Below, in pieces: positions 1 through 11,800 of a stretch of 64,000 bases of DNA. The stretch covers positions 1 through 64,000 of the forward strand of contig NIVC01003327.1 of NCBI GenBank assembly GCA_002269645.1, in the 5' to 3' direction. The notes below the pieces were generated by a model. The model saw nothing but the letters and a program-made list of their open reading frames with translations. It did not search any database and had not been told where the DNA came from. This DNA is from Macrostomum lignano (taxonomy: Eukaryota). The position numbers and the translations under genes were made by a program. Position 1 is the first letter of the stretch, and each line of letters begins with the position of its first letter.

Positions 1-215
1 AAGAAACAGAAATTATCGATCGCGCGTGACTCTACAGGCGTACGCAAAGCTTACAAAGTACGCAGTGATTTAGAAATTGATACAGATTAGTTGCGCGCTT
101 ACTACAAGTAAACGTGAGAATACACAATTGGAAATTTTTAAATAAGAAATTGTAAGGAAAATTGTAGTCCAACGGCCCTTTTGCGGGACCACTTTAAACT
201 AGCAACGTCACAACG

Positions 216-376
216 TGACATTTTGGCGGTTGAATTTTTCGATCGTGTAACAATTTACTGTTAAATATCAAATATAAGCGCGGGTTGCCCTAAGTGGAGC
301 TCGCACTTTTTTTCCGGCAAAAATTCTTACCTGCCACGTACTCGTGTTTCCTGTGTTAGTCTGTTGAGACACCACA
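216..376 (+). repeat. 5' LTR of the Gypsy element
   Basis: TGACATTTTGGCGG...GAGACACCACA, near-identical to 3565-3724. Confidence 0.8.
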
Positions 377-377
377 T

Positions 378-388
378 TGGCGACGAGG
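378..388 (+). promoter_or_regulatory. primer-binding site of the LTR element
   Basis: TGGCGACGAGG immediately 3' of the LTR end and directly before the gag ATG (389). Confidence 0.7.
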
Positions 389-1197
389 ATGAGCGGACCC
401 AGCCTTCCAGCACCAGCGTCTTTCCTTCCCGTGAGCGGCCAACCGGCAGTCCCGTGGCCACGATGGCTGGACGCGTTCGAATTCTTCTACACGGCATCCC
501 AGTTTCGCGAGCCGGAGGGCAATCCGAGGCAGAACCCACAAAGAGGAATCTACTGCTCCACCTGCCGCTCGGATTCGAAGGCCAGCGCATTTCCAAGGCG
601 AGGCAAGCACTCACGGAGGGAGATTCCTTCAAGGAGACGAAGGCAAAGCTGGACGGGATCTTCGGAGAGAAGCCCAACGTGATGGTGGCTCGCTTCCGAT
701 TCCGCCAACGACACCAGCTGCCCGGCGAAGACGCGGAGTCCTTGGTGGCCGCGCTCAGGGAGCTGGCCGAGCCCTGCGAGTACGGAAATCTCCGAGACCA
801 GCTCATCAGAGACCAACTGGCAGAGAAGACTGGCAGCGCTCGCATCCGGGAGCGACTGCTGACGGAAGACGCGGCTACTCTCACGCTGGAAAGGGCCCTC
901 GCCATCGCCGTCACCATCGAGAAGGCGTCAAAAAGCTGTCAGGCTCTGATGGGCACAACGGAGCCCGTGCACGCGGTCCGGCAGGCGCAGAAGCCAAAGG
1001 CGAACCATTCAGCCGCGGCGCTGCTGCGGACGCAAGGCGACGGCAACTGCCCAGCGAAGGGGCAGTCCTGCAACAACTGCGGCAAGATGAACCATTTCAG
1101 CCGTTGCTGCCGGAGCAAGGCGCTCCAAGTTGACCGGCCAGGCTCAGGACGGCCCGGACGAGGCGGTCACTATATACGCCGTGCAGGGAGACGGTGA
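389..1197 (+). pseudogene. gag: gag (frameshift near 520-540)
   Basis: MSGPSLPAPASFLP..PWPRWLDAFEFF in one frame, then KRNLLLH..EGQRI..ARFRFRQRHQLPGE..LRDQLIRDQL and the CPAKGQSCNNCGKMNHFSRCC zinc knuckle in another. Confidence 0.85.
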
Positions 1198-1214
1198 GAT
1201 CCGTGCGCAGCTGC

Positions 1215-3515
1215 GGCTCGGACAAGCAGAGGTGCGGTCAATACTCTGATCGACTGCGGCGCCAAGGTGTCACTGTTGAACGCCGACACGGCCGCGCTCC
1301 TGACCGACGTGCTACCTCAGCCGACAACGATGAAGCTGCGCGCATACGGCGGCAAGCTGATCGATCTCGTGGGCCAAGCGGTGGTTCCCGTTAAGCACAA
1401 CAATTCCGCTCGCTGCAACACCTATTCTACATCGCGAAGCACGGCGACAACATCGCAGGTCGAGACCTCATGGATAAGCTTGGTTTCCATGTGAGCCTCT
1501 CCGAGGACGTCAGCGAGGTGAACAGCGTCGCGGAGCAGCTAGAGGCGCGGTTCCCAGCGGCCTTTAGCGAGCAGATCGGCTGCTGCAGCGGAGCCGTGCA
1601 CAAGCCCGTCATCGACCCCTCCGTGCCGCCAGTGCGCCAGCCTGTGCGTCGTCTACCGCTGGCCAAGCAGCAGCTGGTGGAGGCTGAGCTCGACAAACTG
1701 GAGGCGGCTGGCATCATCGAGCGAGTCGACTCGAGTCGCTGGGTGTCAAACCTGGTGACCACCACCAAAAAGGACGGCAGCATCAGGGTCTGCGTCGATA
1801 TCCGGGAGCCCAACAAGGCGGGGATATGCGATCAACACCCGATGCCCCAGCTGGACGACATCGCTGCCAAGATCAAGGGGGCCAAAGGACAGATCTTCAG
1901 CAAGGTGGACCTGAAGGCCGGCTACATGCAGATAGAGCTGCACGAGTCTTCGCGCGACCTGACAGCCTTCATCACGCACAAGGGCCTATACAGGTACTGC
2001 CGAGTGCCGTTCGGTTTGACGTCAGCGCCTGCGGCGTTCCAGCGCATGCTCGACGATCTGGTGGCCGACCTGGACGGCGTGGAGCACATCCTCGACAATT
2101 TCATCATCTTCGATGCCACCACGACGGAGCACGACCGCTGTTTGGAGGCTCTACTGCGGCGACTCAGTGACAGGGGCTTGACAGTGAACAAGCAGAAATG
2201 CGAGTTCCGACGGCCGCAGATCGAATTCTTCGGCTTCCTAGTTTCCGGCGACGGGTTCCGTGTTGGCGATTCGCGTACGCGTGCTTTCGAAGAGATCCGG
2301 GCTCCAACCTCCCAGAAGGAGCTGCAGTCGTTCCTGGGCGCCGCCAACTTCCTCAGGCGTTTCATCCCACACTTCTCGGACACCACGGAGCCGCTGCGCA
2401 AGCTGCTTAAGGCCGACGCGGAGTTCAGCTGGTCCGAAGAGTGCCAGCATTCTTTCGACGCGCTGAAGCAGGCGGTCAGCAGCCCGCCAGTTCTGGCTTT
2501 GTTCGACCCCGCAGCCGTCACGATTGTCACTACGGACGCCAGCTCAGTCGCCCTGGGCGCCCAGCTGTCCCAGCTGCAGGACGGCGTCGAGCGGCCGATC
2601 GCCTTTGCCGCCCGAGCGCTCACAGAGACCGAGCGGCGCTACGCAGCCAACGAACGAGAAGCCCTGGCGTGTCTCTGGGCCATGGAAAAGTGGCACTTTG
2701 AGCTCAGAACGGATCATCAGTCTCTGCGGCAGCTGCTGATGGGACCCAGCGGCACCGGGCACCGGCCGCTCCGCATCCACAGGTGGTGCGATAGGTTCCA
2801 ACAGTATGATTTCCACGTCCGCTATCTACCCGGCATGGCCGACCTCCTGTCCCGGTGGAGCAACGGCTTCGACATGAACTTCGTCCAGCTGCCCGACACC
2901 GCGATGCCCAGGGTGCCTGCGTTGTCACTGTCCGAGCTGGCGGAGGCGACGACCAAGGACGAGACGCTGCGACGGGTGCGGCAACACGTGCTAAACGGTG
3001 ACTGGCCCAGGCGCACAGCAGACCCCGAGCTCAAGCCGTACCTGCTGGCGCGACAACACCTAAGCGTCTGGCACGACGCTTCCTGCCTGGCGTTTCAGGA
3101 GCGAGCCGTCATTCCGGCGGAGCTGAGGCGCGGCGTCTTGGAACAGGCGCACACCGGACACCCAGGCGTGGTGCGCACAAAACAGATCCTGCGAGAGTCC
3201 GTTTGGTGGCCGCGACTCGACGCTGACGTCGAAACCTTCATCAGGGGCTGCGGCGCGTGTGAGACGGCGCAGAAGAACTTCAAGCTGCACCCAGCGCCGC
3301 TGCAGCCGATCGAGTGGCCCGCGGGTCCGTGGGAGGAGATCGCCGTCGACATCGTCGGTGAACTGCACGAAACGCCGCAATCGTCCCGGTTCCTGCTGGT
3401 GGCTACGGACCTGCATAGCAAGTGGCCGGAGGTCTTCGCCACGGCTAGCGTCACAACCGAAACCGTCTGCAAGGTGATGTGGTCCCTGTTCGCTCGCTGG
3501 GGTCTCTGCAAGAAG
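1215..3515 (+). pseudogene. pol: pol: aspartic protease, RT, RNase H, truncated integrase
   Basis: IDCGAKVSL protease, then a frameshift into ORF 1470-3626: FSKVDLKAGYMQI, PFGLTSAPAAFQR, ILDN (degenerate YLDD), TDASSVALGAQL, HTGHPG..CGAC; breaks off after WSLFARWG. Confidence 0.9.
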
Positions 3516-3564
3516 GTCATAAATTTATTCGTATATTGTATTGTGAAACGTATTTTTAATCGCG

Positions 3565-3724
3565 TGACATTTTGGCGGTTGAATTTATCGATCGTGCAAC
3601 AATTTACTGTTAAATATCAAATATAAGCGCGGGTTGCCCTAAGTGGAGCTCGCACTTTTTTCCGGCAAAAAGTCTTACCTGCCACGTACTCGTGTTTCCT
3701 GTGTTAGTCTGTTGAGACACCACA
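3565..3724 (+). repeat. 3' LTR of the Gypsy element
   Basis: Direct repeat of 216-376. Confidence 0.8.
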
Positions 3725-5315
3725 CTAGTGTCTTTTTGCTGTCAATCTCGAAGTCATAGCCGATGATAAGGGACAACTGCTGGGACTTGATCGCATTGGC
3801 TATGCAGGTACAGAGGGGACTGGTGCAGGGGATTCTTGCGGTGGCGAGCCTATGGGGTAGCTACATGTAGTATTACATTGCTAAATACGAGGAATTGTGC
3901 GTTTGGTTTTCAACGTGCTAACCAGCCTCTCGTAGCGCTGATGATAGACTAACTCGAACCTCAGAGACCGCATGATTCAATACCCGAGCCGCTTGGCGAA
4001 TCTAGAGTACACAGAGTACATCTCTAGCGCAGATTTTGCAATATTGGCAATTTTGCTAACTGATTTGATAGATTGATTGACTGAGAACTGCCTTGCCATT
4101 GGTCCACTGTGACCGGCGCCTACTAGCTTAGCTGCTCATCTGAGCCATCGGCGAACAAAGAAATAAAACCGATAAAAATAACTGTCAGATTTAACCTTCT
4201 CACTGAATCACTTCACACTTCATATTGAATTGGAGTAATCAGACTACTAACAGTATTATTAAGTGATTTCTGCCTCAATAAAAGCGCTACTGAAAAAATG
4301 AGCAAAAGTGTGCACCTAATCCAGCTACTGCAATAGGGGACAGATAAGGAATCACCCAATCAAGCAAGTCTAGGTAGCCTCTCACCCAACCAATCAGAAA
4401 CTCAACAGCCGGAGACCAGGTAATCCCAGTGACCGAATCAGCTTAGTGCTTCGCAGCTGTAGGCCCGGGATGATGCTGATGTCACAATCTTCGCTGATAG
4501 CTAGCAGGTGATGATCTTTAACCTTGATGTTCGCTGCTGACGACCGGGGGGATTCGTCCTTGATGATGACGGGGGAGTCGCGATCCGGGGATCAAGAGAC
4601 GACGGTCGCATGTAGCAGCCGGGTGTCAGGTGACAGGTGACCGGCCAAGTTTTAGTCTGAGCGGGCCAGAAACGCCGGTTTTTATAGCCGCCAACTGGAC
4701 CGCAATTTGTTATAATGAAAAACCTCGACGCTGATTGGCTGAGCCGATTTGTTATAACTGACATGGAATTTTCTGATTGGCTGAGCTTGTTGCCACCCAA
4801 ACTCACGTGACCAGAAGATCCTATCAGTTCCCTCGGGGCCAAAAAAATACACCAGGTGCAGTCATAAATCACTCACAATCGCTACACAATGATTTATGAC
4901 CTTTCGCGAAGGAATGATAAAAGATAATGAAAAAATATACATTAGAAAGATCTTATTAAGTAGAAAGTGAAGATAATGAAGAGAAATCGCTAATCGCTAA
5001 TCCCAACGTACTTTTAGGGGTAAAACGCATAGCTGTCAGAGCTGTCACACGCTTGAGTAAACACGAACAATAGGCCCTGACCTCATAAATCTGATGGCCT
5101 GTCAAAAATTATGAGAAAAAAGCTACCGCCCGCATCCCCTCAGACCATCTGCATGGCGCCAGCCTCAGCATTGAGTGAGGCGCAGGTGGCTGTCAGACCA
5201 GCTCAAAAGCGATGATTTATGACCCCAAAAGTAGCGAAAACCGCGCCTATGTTATTATAACTACAAGTATGGCAAAATTATATAGCTACAAAAGTTCTAC
5301 TAGTGTGAAGTCTAG

Positions 5316-5680
5316 CAACACAACAACAACAAGTTACGCCCCAGGGTCGATGTTGGGCGTCACAGGTCGCGCCTCAGAGCACGGGAGCGGAGAAAGGCCG
5401 GTCCACCGGCCTGGTCGGGGGCGCCAGCATCGGCCAGCAGGCAGTCCGGATACCGCCGAGTGCGCGCCTGCCCCCGCCGGAAAGGCGCCGGGAGCGCAAG
5501 CAGCAGCGTTTCCTGCGCCGGCTCGGGGCAGTACGCCTCAGCGCGGATGAGGTGGCCTGCCAGCTGGAGCCGCCGGCGGCGGAGCAGATCGCTGGGGCGG
5601 GCCAGGCGAGCTCGGGCGTACAGCGCCACGTTGGTGACATGCTCGCCGCCGCTGATCTTGAAGGCAGCGAAGGCATGAAT
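5316..5680 (-). mobile_element. 5'-truncated RTE-like LINE fragment
   Basis: ISGGEHVTNVALYARARLARPSDLLRRRRLQLAGHLIR..RRGQAR resembles the C-terminus of the RT ORF at 14733-17309; (GTT)n-like 3' tail at about 5316-5332. Confidence 0.8.
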
Positions 5681-7518
5681 TCTAGGAAAATTACATAAAA
5701 AGGAGAAAAATGCCCATAGCCTGCTGTTAGTAGGCTAACTAGTAAGTTTGGAGCCCATGTGCGCGCGTGAAATTTGGAAAAAAAGTGCGTCCTCATCACT
5801 CTTCCAAATTTTAAATGTAAAAGTTAGCCAACAACTACTGTACTTTGTGAGACGATTTCGTACTTTGATGTTGGCGCCTTTTTGAAACTGGATCGAGCCC
5901 CCCGATATGTCACATTGAGGTGGTACCTCGATCGATCTGGTCACGTTGCTCCGTGCTGGCGCCCCCATTAAGACATATTATCTAGCTCCCACCCTGATCT
6001 TCCGACTGACATTTACAAAAAATTAACAAAAAAATTAATTAATGCTTGAACTGTATAGTATAAACACCTTTATATGCATTATTATGTCGAGGGGGAGTCG
6101 TAGCCTACTAGTGGTCTAGCGCGGCACTAGTTCTTATGATTCCAAGTGCAGTCACATTAATTTGGGGCTAAATTGGAACCTCGGCTTGGCTCTGCTCGTG
6201 CAATTGACGCCCTTTGAGGGCCAACCCCTTAGGTACACTGAAGTATACATGCCTAATGATAAAAAAGGTTAGGGCCGCTGTACACTCGTGTGTGAGTGCA
6301 GGTGCCTGTGCGTATGCATGACACGCGCTTGTGTGCCTTCTCACGGAAGCCGGGAGATCGACGTCGATGGACGTCGGGAACGTCGGCCAGACGTCGCCAA
6401 CGTCGGATCGCTGTAATAGCTGACTGCTTTGCCCAAGTACAGCTGTCAGTCAACAAGTCAAGTGTCACGATCGTAATGTCAATGTTGAACAAGGGTCTAC
6501 GAGCTACGACGTTTGCCAGAGGGACGTTTGCAAGCGGCAACTTGTTAAAGAATTGTGCCCTCTCTAGGCGTGCATGTACTTGCATTTGAAAACTACAACT
6601 GCAACTGCATACTGCAAACGTCGGCCGGCAAACATCGGCTGGCAAACGTCGCTATCCCGTTGAACCAAAAACAGGATATATAATGTTCAACGTTCGTTAA
6701 AATGTTGTTTGTTCAACATTGATATAGTCATCTTGACACCTTAAATAACTCTATTAAGGGCTGTTCATGGTACATAGCCTAATGATGTCTACAATAATTC
6801 AGATTCTTCTTTTGCAAAAAGCATTTGACTGTTGTTTTATCACTTAGCTAACTATACCGCTAGTATATAGTTCAGCACGTATGCGAACTATTCTGCTCCT
6901 TACATACATAATTTGGGTAGCCTAAAGCCAATTTTAAAATGACTACAGCTAGACTCATGATTATTACTGCGCCCATGGAACGGGCATTTGAAATGTCTCG
7001 AAACTTCTTCCTGTTATTGGAAAGGAGAGCTCAAACAGGGAGGGGTGGAATCGCGCGCTTCTTTAGAGAAGGTTGTATAGCTACTCTGATCGAACCCACT
7101 GCATTGTTTGCCTGGAAGCGCATGGAGTGGGTTGTTCGTCTCCACGCCCCTCCTCCACCTTCCCAACTCCTTATACTGTGCATTGATACTCGCGATTCTG
7201 CTGGTACCACACCTCCGCGCCATGGTGCAGTGGGCAGTCACGGGGAATTTCCCAAAAAGGTCCAAAGCTATAGACTGCAGTTCCTGAATGCATGGACGAA
7301 GTAACTTTGGTAGTGTCGAAGTCCATGCATGCAGGGAGGACGTGGAGCGGCATGGCTGAGTCTCTCTGGTCGATAGCAGCTGGTTTTTTGACTTAGGAAT
7401 AATCGAAACCATTTTAAGAACCTGCAGGCTCGCCCGCAAAGCTCCCGGCTAATTCACTTCAGTTTAACTCTCCTGGTTTCTAGTGGAATATCTTAACACT
7501 AACTAAATCTTAGCAGTG

Positions 7519-8090
7519 ATGAAGCTCATCTTTCTACTAGCTATCGTGGCCGTTGCAGCCATCTGCCGTAAGTAAAATTCTATGATGATCCATGTAGTTT
7601 GCGCGTTCTACGACGCATCTCACCAAGCATTTAGTTAAGTCAAAACTTTTCTAATCTAATCTGTCTTTTAGTCGGCGAATCGGCTCCAACTAGAAACAAC
7701 ATGCTTGCAATGGCGACAAGCAAGAAAGCCGGCAAGAAGGGGGATGCAAAAACTAAAAAGATTGCCAAGGAGGTCGCCACGAAGGTCGCCACGAAGGTCG
7801 CCACGAAGGTCGCCAAGAAGGTCGCCAAGAAGGAATCCAAGAAGGTCGCCAAGAAGGTCGCCAAGAAGGTCGCCAAGAAGGAATCCAAGAAAGCCGCCAA
7901 GAAGGGCGGAAAGAAAGGCGCCAAGAAAGGAAAGAAGGCCAAGAAAGGAAAGAAGGCCAAGAAAGGAAAGAAGGCCAAGAAGGGAAAGAAGGCCAAGAAA
8001 GGAAAAAAGGGCAAGAAGGGAAAAAAGGGCAAGAAGGGCGGCAAGAAAGGCGGTAAAACTGCTCCTGGATGGGATTTTGATTGTGAGTAA
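7519..8090 (+). CDS. secreted lysine-rich repetitive protein, about 155 aa, 2 exons (7519-7567, 7672-8090)
   Basis: MKLIFLLAIVAVAAIC signal peptide; GTAAGT donor at 7568; CTAAT branch-like motif and TTTTAG acceptor at 7671 give an in-frame join; VATK/VAKK/ESKK/GKK repeats; acidic tail WDFDCE. Confidence 0.85.
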
Positions 8091-8805
8091 TCTCTGCTGA
8101 AACATGTCCAATGAGTATATTAGCAACCACTATAGTACATCAGCAAAAACCTTCAAATTTTAGATTAAGCCCGACAACATTCAAGCGACATCAACTCAAT
8201 CTTGCCTATCAACCGTGGCCTAGAAGAAAAGCATGCAGTTTACATTATGCCGAAAATTCTGAAAGGAACCATTGGGAACCTTTTTTAAAAGTATCAAGTA
8301 CGACACTCATATTGGACGCTTTTATTTAAATTAATAGGTGAAAATTTCTTTCTATGTGGTGTTCAGTTCCTCGTTTGATAGGTAGGGATTCAATATTTGT
8401 TGAAATGATGATTTTGACGTAAAATTGTATTAATTGAAGTCAATAAATTTAACAAAAATAAATGGAATTGGTTTTAAGAAGTTATAAAATTAAGATTGGG
8501 ACCTTGGAAGCTTTAAAATCTCTCGATTGTTTGTAAACAATTTTTCGTTAAAATTTGTTTAAATATTTTTAAATCCGAAATTTTGCTTATAAGTACAGCA
8601 CTTTAAAGCTCTATATGATCCTATAAGCAGGCTGTCTTATTTATTTAACATTTTCACTTTACATTCTTTCCTTACTACTCAGTAGTACGCAAGGAAAGAA
8701 TCAAAATAAAAACTCGATTTTCCTCATGAAAATTGTACCAGCGTAAGCTATGTGCACTTCTGGATTCTATATTTTTTCTATGAAATTTCTCTATCAACTT
8801 CTCCT

Positions 8806-8950
8806 ATGTGAAGCACCCATTTTACAGCTTGGGTGAGCTGAAGAAATGCAGAGGTAGGTGTCTTCCTCAAGGACACAAATTGTTCCAAGCGGGTCGAGAA
8901 TCGAACCCCCGACCTTTTAGTCGTGAGTTCGACGCTCAACTACTAGACTA
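8806..8950 (-). mobile_element. tRNA-derived CORE-SINE
   Basis: Minus strand: TAGTCTAGTAG A-box, GGTTCGATTC B-box, then GTGTCCTTGAGGAAGACAC...CTGTAAAATGGG resembling the CORE domain. Confidence 0.7.
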
Positions 8951-11047
8951 TATTGTCAAATGGTCTAGACAACAAGTGAGACAAAACACTAAAGATTGCT
9001 ATCATAGCCAGAGCACATTAATGGCTAATTATCTGACAAAAATTACACATTGCTTATCTAATTAATTAGCATTCAAAAGGTTCGTTCTAAACCATTAATG
9101 CGTCGTCCATGGCTCAAACTGATGGGTTTGCGACTTCATAACTTCATAAGGACACTGGAAAAGTTTCTTCTACAAGCTAAATTCGAACATTCATTCGGTC
9201 TTAATCGCTTTAAAATAATGTCGTCGACAGTCATACTTGGGAATTCGCGACATTAATATTTAAAAGCTCTATTAGCGGTATGAAACGTTTCACCTGCCAA
9301 AGACATAAATGCATGACGTAATACAGTTGAATTCGTTGATACATAGATAAAATAGGTACATAAAATACATTGATAGAGACATAAATAGAACAGGGACAAT
9401 GAAATGTTTCTCTACAACACAAATGGGTACATAGATTACCGGTAACCTAAACAACGTGACTTTTGCATGCCGTATCCCTCTTTGTTTTTGCATGTATACC
9501 CTACCTGTATTTTGAAGTCAGCGTTTTTACCCAGTACTGCAATTATGTGGCATTTTATACATTTGAGTATGAGAAATGTACACAAAACTACATTCTATAT
9601 TCGCCTATAGTATTAATTAAGCAGAGTTATGATCCCACTTTGACTGCGCCATCCGTCTTAAGCCCAACAAGAACTCATCACTAACAGGAGCATTTCTAAG
9701 CTGCAGTATACCCCCTTCCGACGCGCCCGAGAAAACGACGCGCCCGCCTCCAGTCCGGGTTGCTGTATCACAAACACCCGGCTTCTTCTGGAGGGAGCAG
9801 TCCATCGCCAACTTTCTTACCTAACAGCGCCAATTGGTATGCACATGCTGGTTAATGTCATTTGAGGCGAATCAAGCACCCGCCTTAGTGGGCGGGGACC
9901 GGTGGCGCGGCGTCATCTATTTGTGCAAACAGACATCAAACACAGTAAAAGACACCACTAAATACGATCATATTTGAGCCGCAGTTAAGCCTGCATCTAC
10001 CATCGCATGGTACAGAGGAACGATTCGATATCAGCCGTAAAACTCTAGTCCAGTTCAGTGTCACAGATACCCATCATTTGTCAAGCGATTAAAAAGTGTC
10101 AATAAAAGAATTGAAAACAGCGATGGATCCATTTTAAGTAACTTTTTGAGAAAAATTCCAGCTCCCTATGTTATACAACTGAAAGGTAAAAGTTTAAAGC
10201 CGGCAAACTTCAATAAAAGCTTAATGGCTAGCAGTAGATTCGGTCAGTCTTTGTATGACTCGTAAGATTTCTGAGCTAAAAGTAGCGCTAATGGGCAATT
10301 GCCCGTTTCAACTGCGATCAAACGGACCCAGATTTTATTTGATCACGCGGCGTAGTACATTTTTAAACCTCTCCATCGCTTACCCGTACAATAATTTTGG
10401 TAATTTTACAATTTTACACTATGCCGATGAGTGACGATGCTCTGTATATTAAAATTGTATTAAAAACTAACGAAGGTAATTGGTTTTAAATTCAGGGGAA
10501 CAAAAAAGAGTCTGAAGAAGAAGTACCCTTTTGTCAGCGACGCGTCCATCCATGTCGGGTACGACGATTAACGTCGGAATGTTGCACGGGTTTGTACATT
10601 GGTCGAGCGATTTTCTGGCTCCTTCATGGCGATGTGAATGAGACTTGAGTTTTAAATGCCTTGTTTTTATATGCGTCGCATGCAGTCCACATAAGGTACT
10701 AAGTCGAAAAGCATAGAAATTGCTGTTTCACCACTGCAATACGCTCGTACCAGTCGAGATTTTGCTGGAAAATTTTTAATTTTACTAACAAATAAATCTG
10801 GAGACCAAAATAATAATGAAGAACTCGATTTTAGATTTAGCTATCCATTCTATTTATTTTCCTGGATATTTTTTTACATTTACTAGCTGCTGCACTTGTT
10901 CACTTTTTCCAACAAAAAGTTGTTCTTTAATTTAGATGTGCACACAATATTTCAAAAACCATCAAGCTATCTATTGTCATGAAAACTTAGAAAAAGGCTT
11001 TGCTCAATATCTGCTTCACACGCATGCAGATGATGCAGTTAGTTTAG

Positions 11048-11800
11048 TCAGTTAAATGGCGACACACACTCGCACAAGGCATTCAAGGCGTAATTTTCCG
11101 GAACATCGACCAGGTTTTTTTACGTTCGGTACGCGAGCTACAAAACTTTCACTTCCGCCACCGTTATTGGGATCAGGTTTGCACCACAGGCTGCCGTCAA
11201 TGGGGATGTTGCAGCCGACCCAGTGCCAGCCTCCGGCGGGTTCAGCGCTGCCGGCTGGCTGAAACCCTCCGAGGTAGAAAGGCGCTTCAGGACTGCGCAC
11301 ACCATGAATCTCGTCTACGTGGCTCATCTCGGTAGCGTCCACCACATCCGCCATGATCACCAGACCGCTCTCCGACTCGCACTTCTGTCTGCTCTCTGAC
11401 CAGATTCTAGTGGTGTTGTACACCTTGTACTTCACTCCGCACAGGTCGTCTCCGTAGCCAGACGGACACAGCGCGCCCGCCTCGAGTCCCGGCTGCTGCT
11501 TCAAAAACACCCGGCCTCTCCTGGAGCAGCCGCAGTCCCTCACCGACTTGCTGCACTTGTCGAACACGAACAGCTGGCACGGACCGTCAGCCAGGCTGAA
11601 CGCCTGACAGCGCCGGTTTCGGTTGCACAGAGCGGCGCACCCGATCTCAGAGTGCGAGCCACCTGGAGTCTCAATGAATTAAAGTCGCTCCTGATGCACA
11701 GGTAGCCGGTGATCAGGTTGTAGGCGTCTTGCATCGCAGCTGGAGCTTGCAGAGACAGCAGAACCAAAAGGAGCGTCATCATTGTCGGCTGATTTTCCAT
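11048..11800 (-). pseudogene. secreted PAN/apple-like plus C-type lectin domain protein, intronless, with two 1-nt indels (pseudogene or assembly error)
   Basis: Signal MMTLLLVLLSLQAPAA; SEIGCAALCNRNRRCQAFSL..CQL; CTLD WSESRQKCES..FYLGG..WHW..LWCKPDPNN; restored end LVDVPENYALNALCEC; indels near 11679 and in the T7 run 11115-11121. Confidence 0.75.

Larger units (their letters stand above)
216..3724 (+). mobile_element. Ty3/Gypsy LTR retrotransposon, Mag-like, defective (frameshifts, integrase C-terminal half missing)
   Basis: About 160-bp TG...CA direct repeats at 216-376 and 3565-3724; PBS-like TGGCGACGAGG right after the 5' LTR; order gag (CCHC knuckles) - protease (IDCGA) - RT - RNase H - integrase HHCC; no matching TSD seen. 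Confidence 0.9.

Noticed and set aside
327-3520. Multiple antisense ORFs over gag/pol (likewise over the LINE at 14839-17223 and over INSM)
   Set aside because: Shadows of GC-rich coding sequence on the opposite strand.
6090-6125. tRNA-like 5' segment
   Set aside because: No B-box or cloverleaf follows; at most a SINE fragment.
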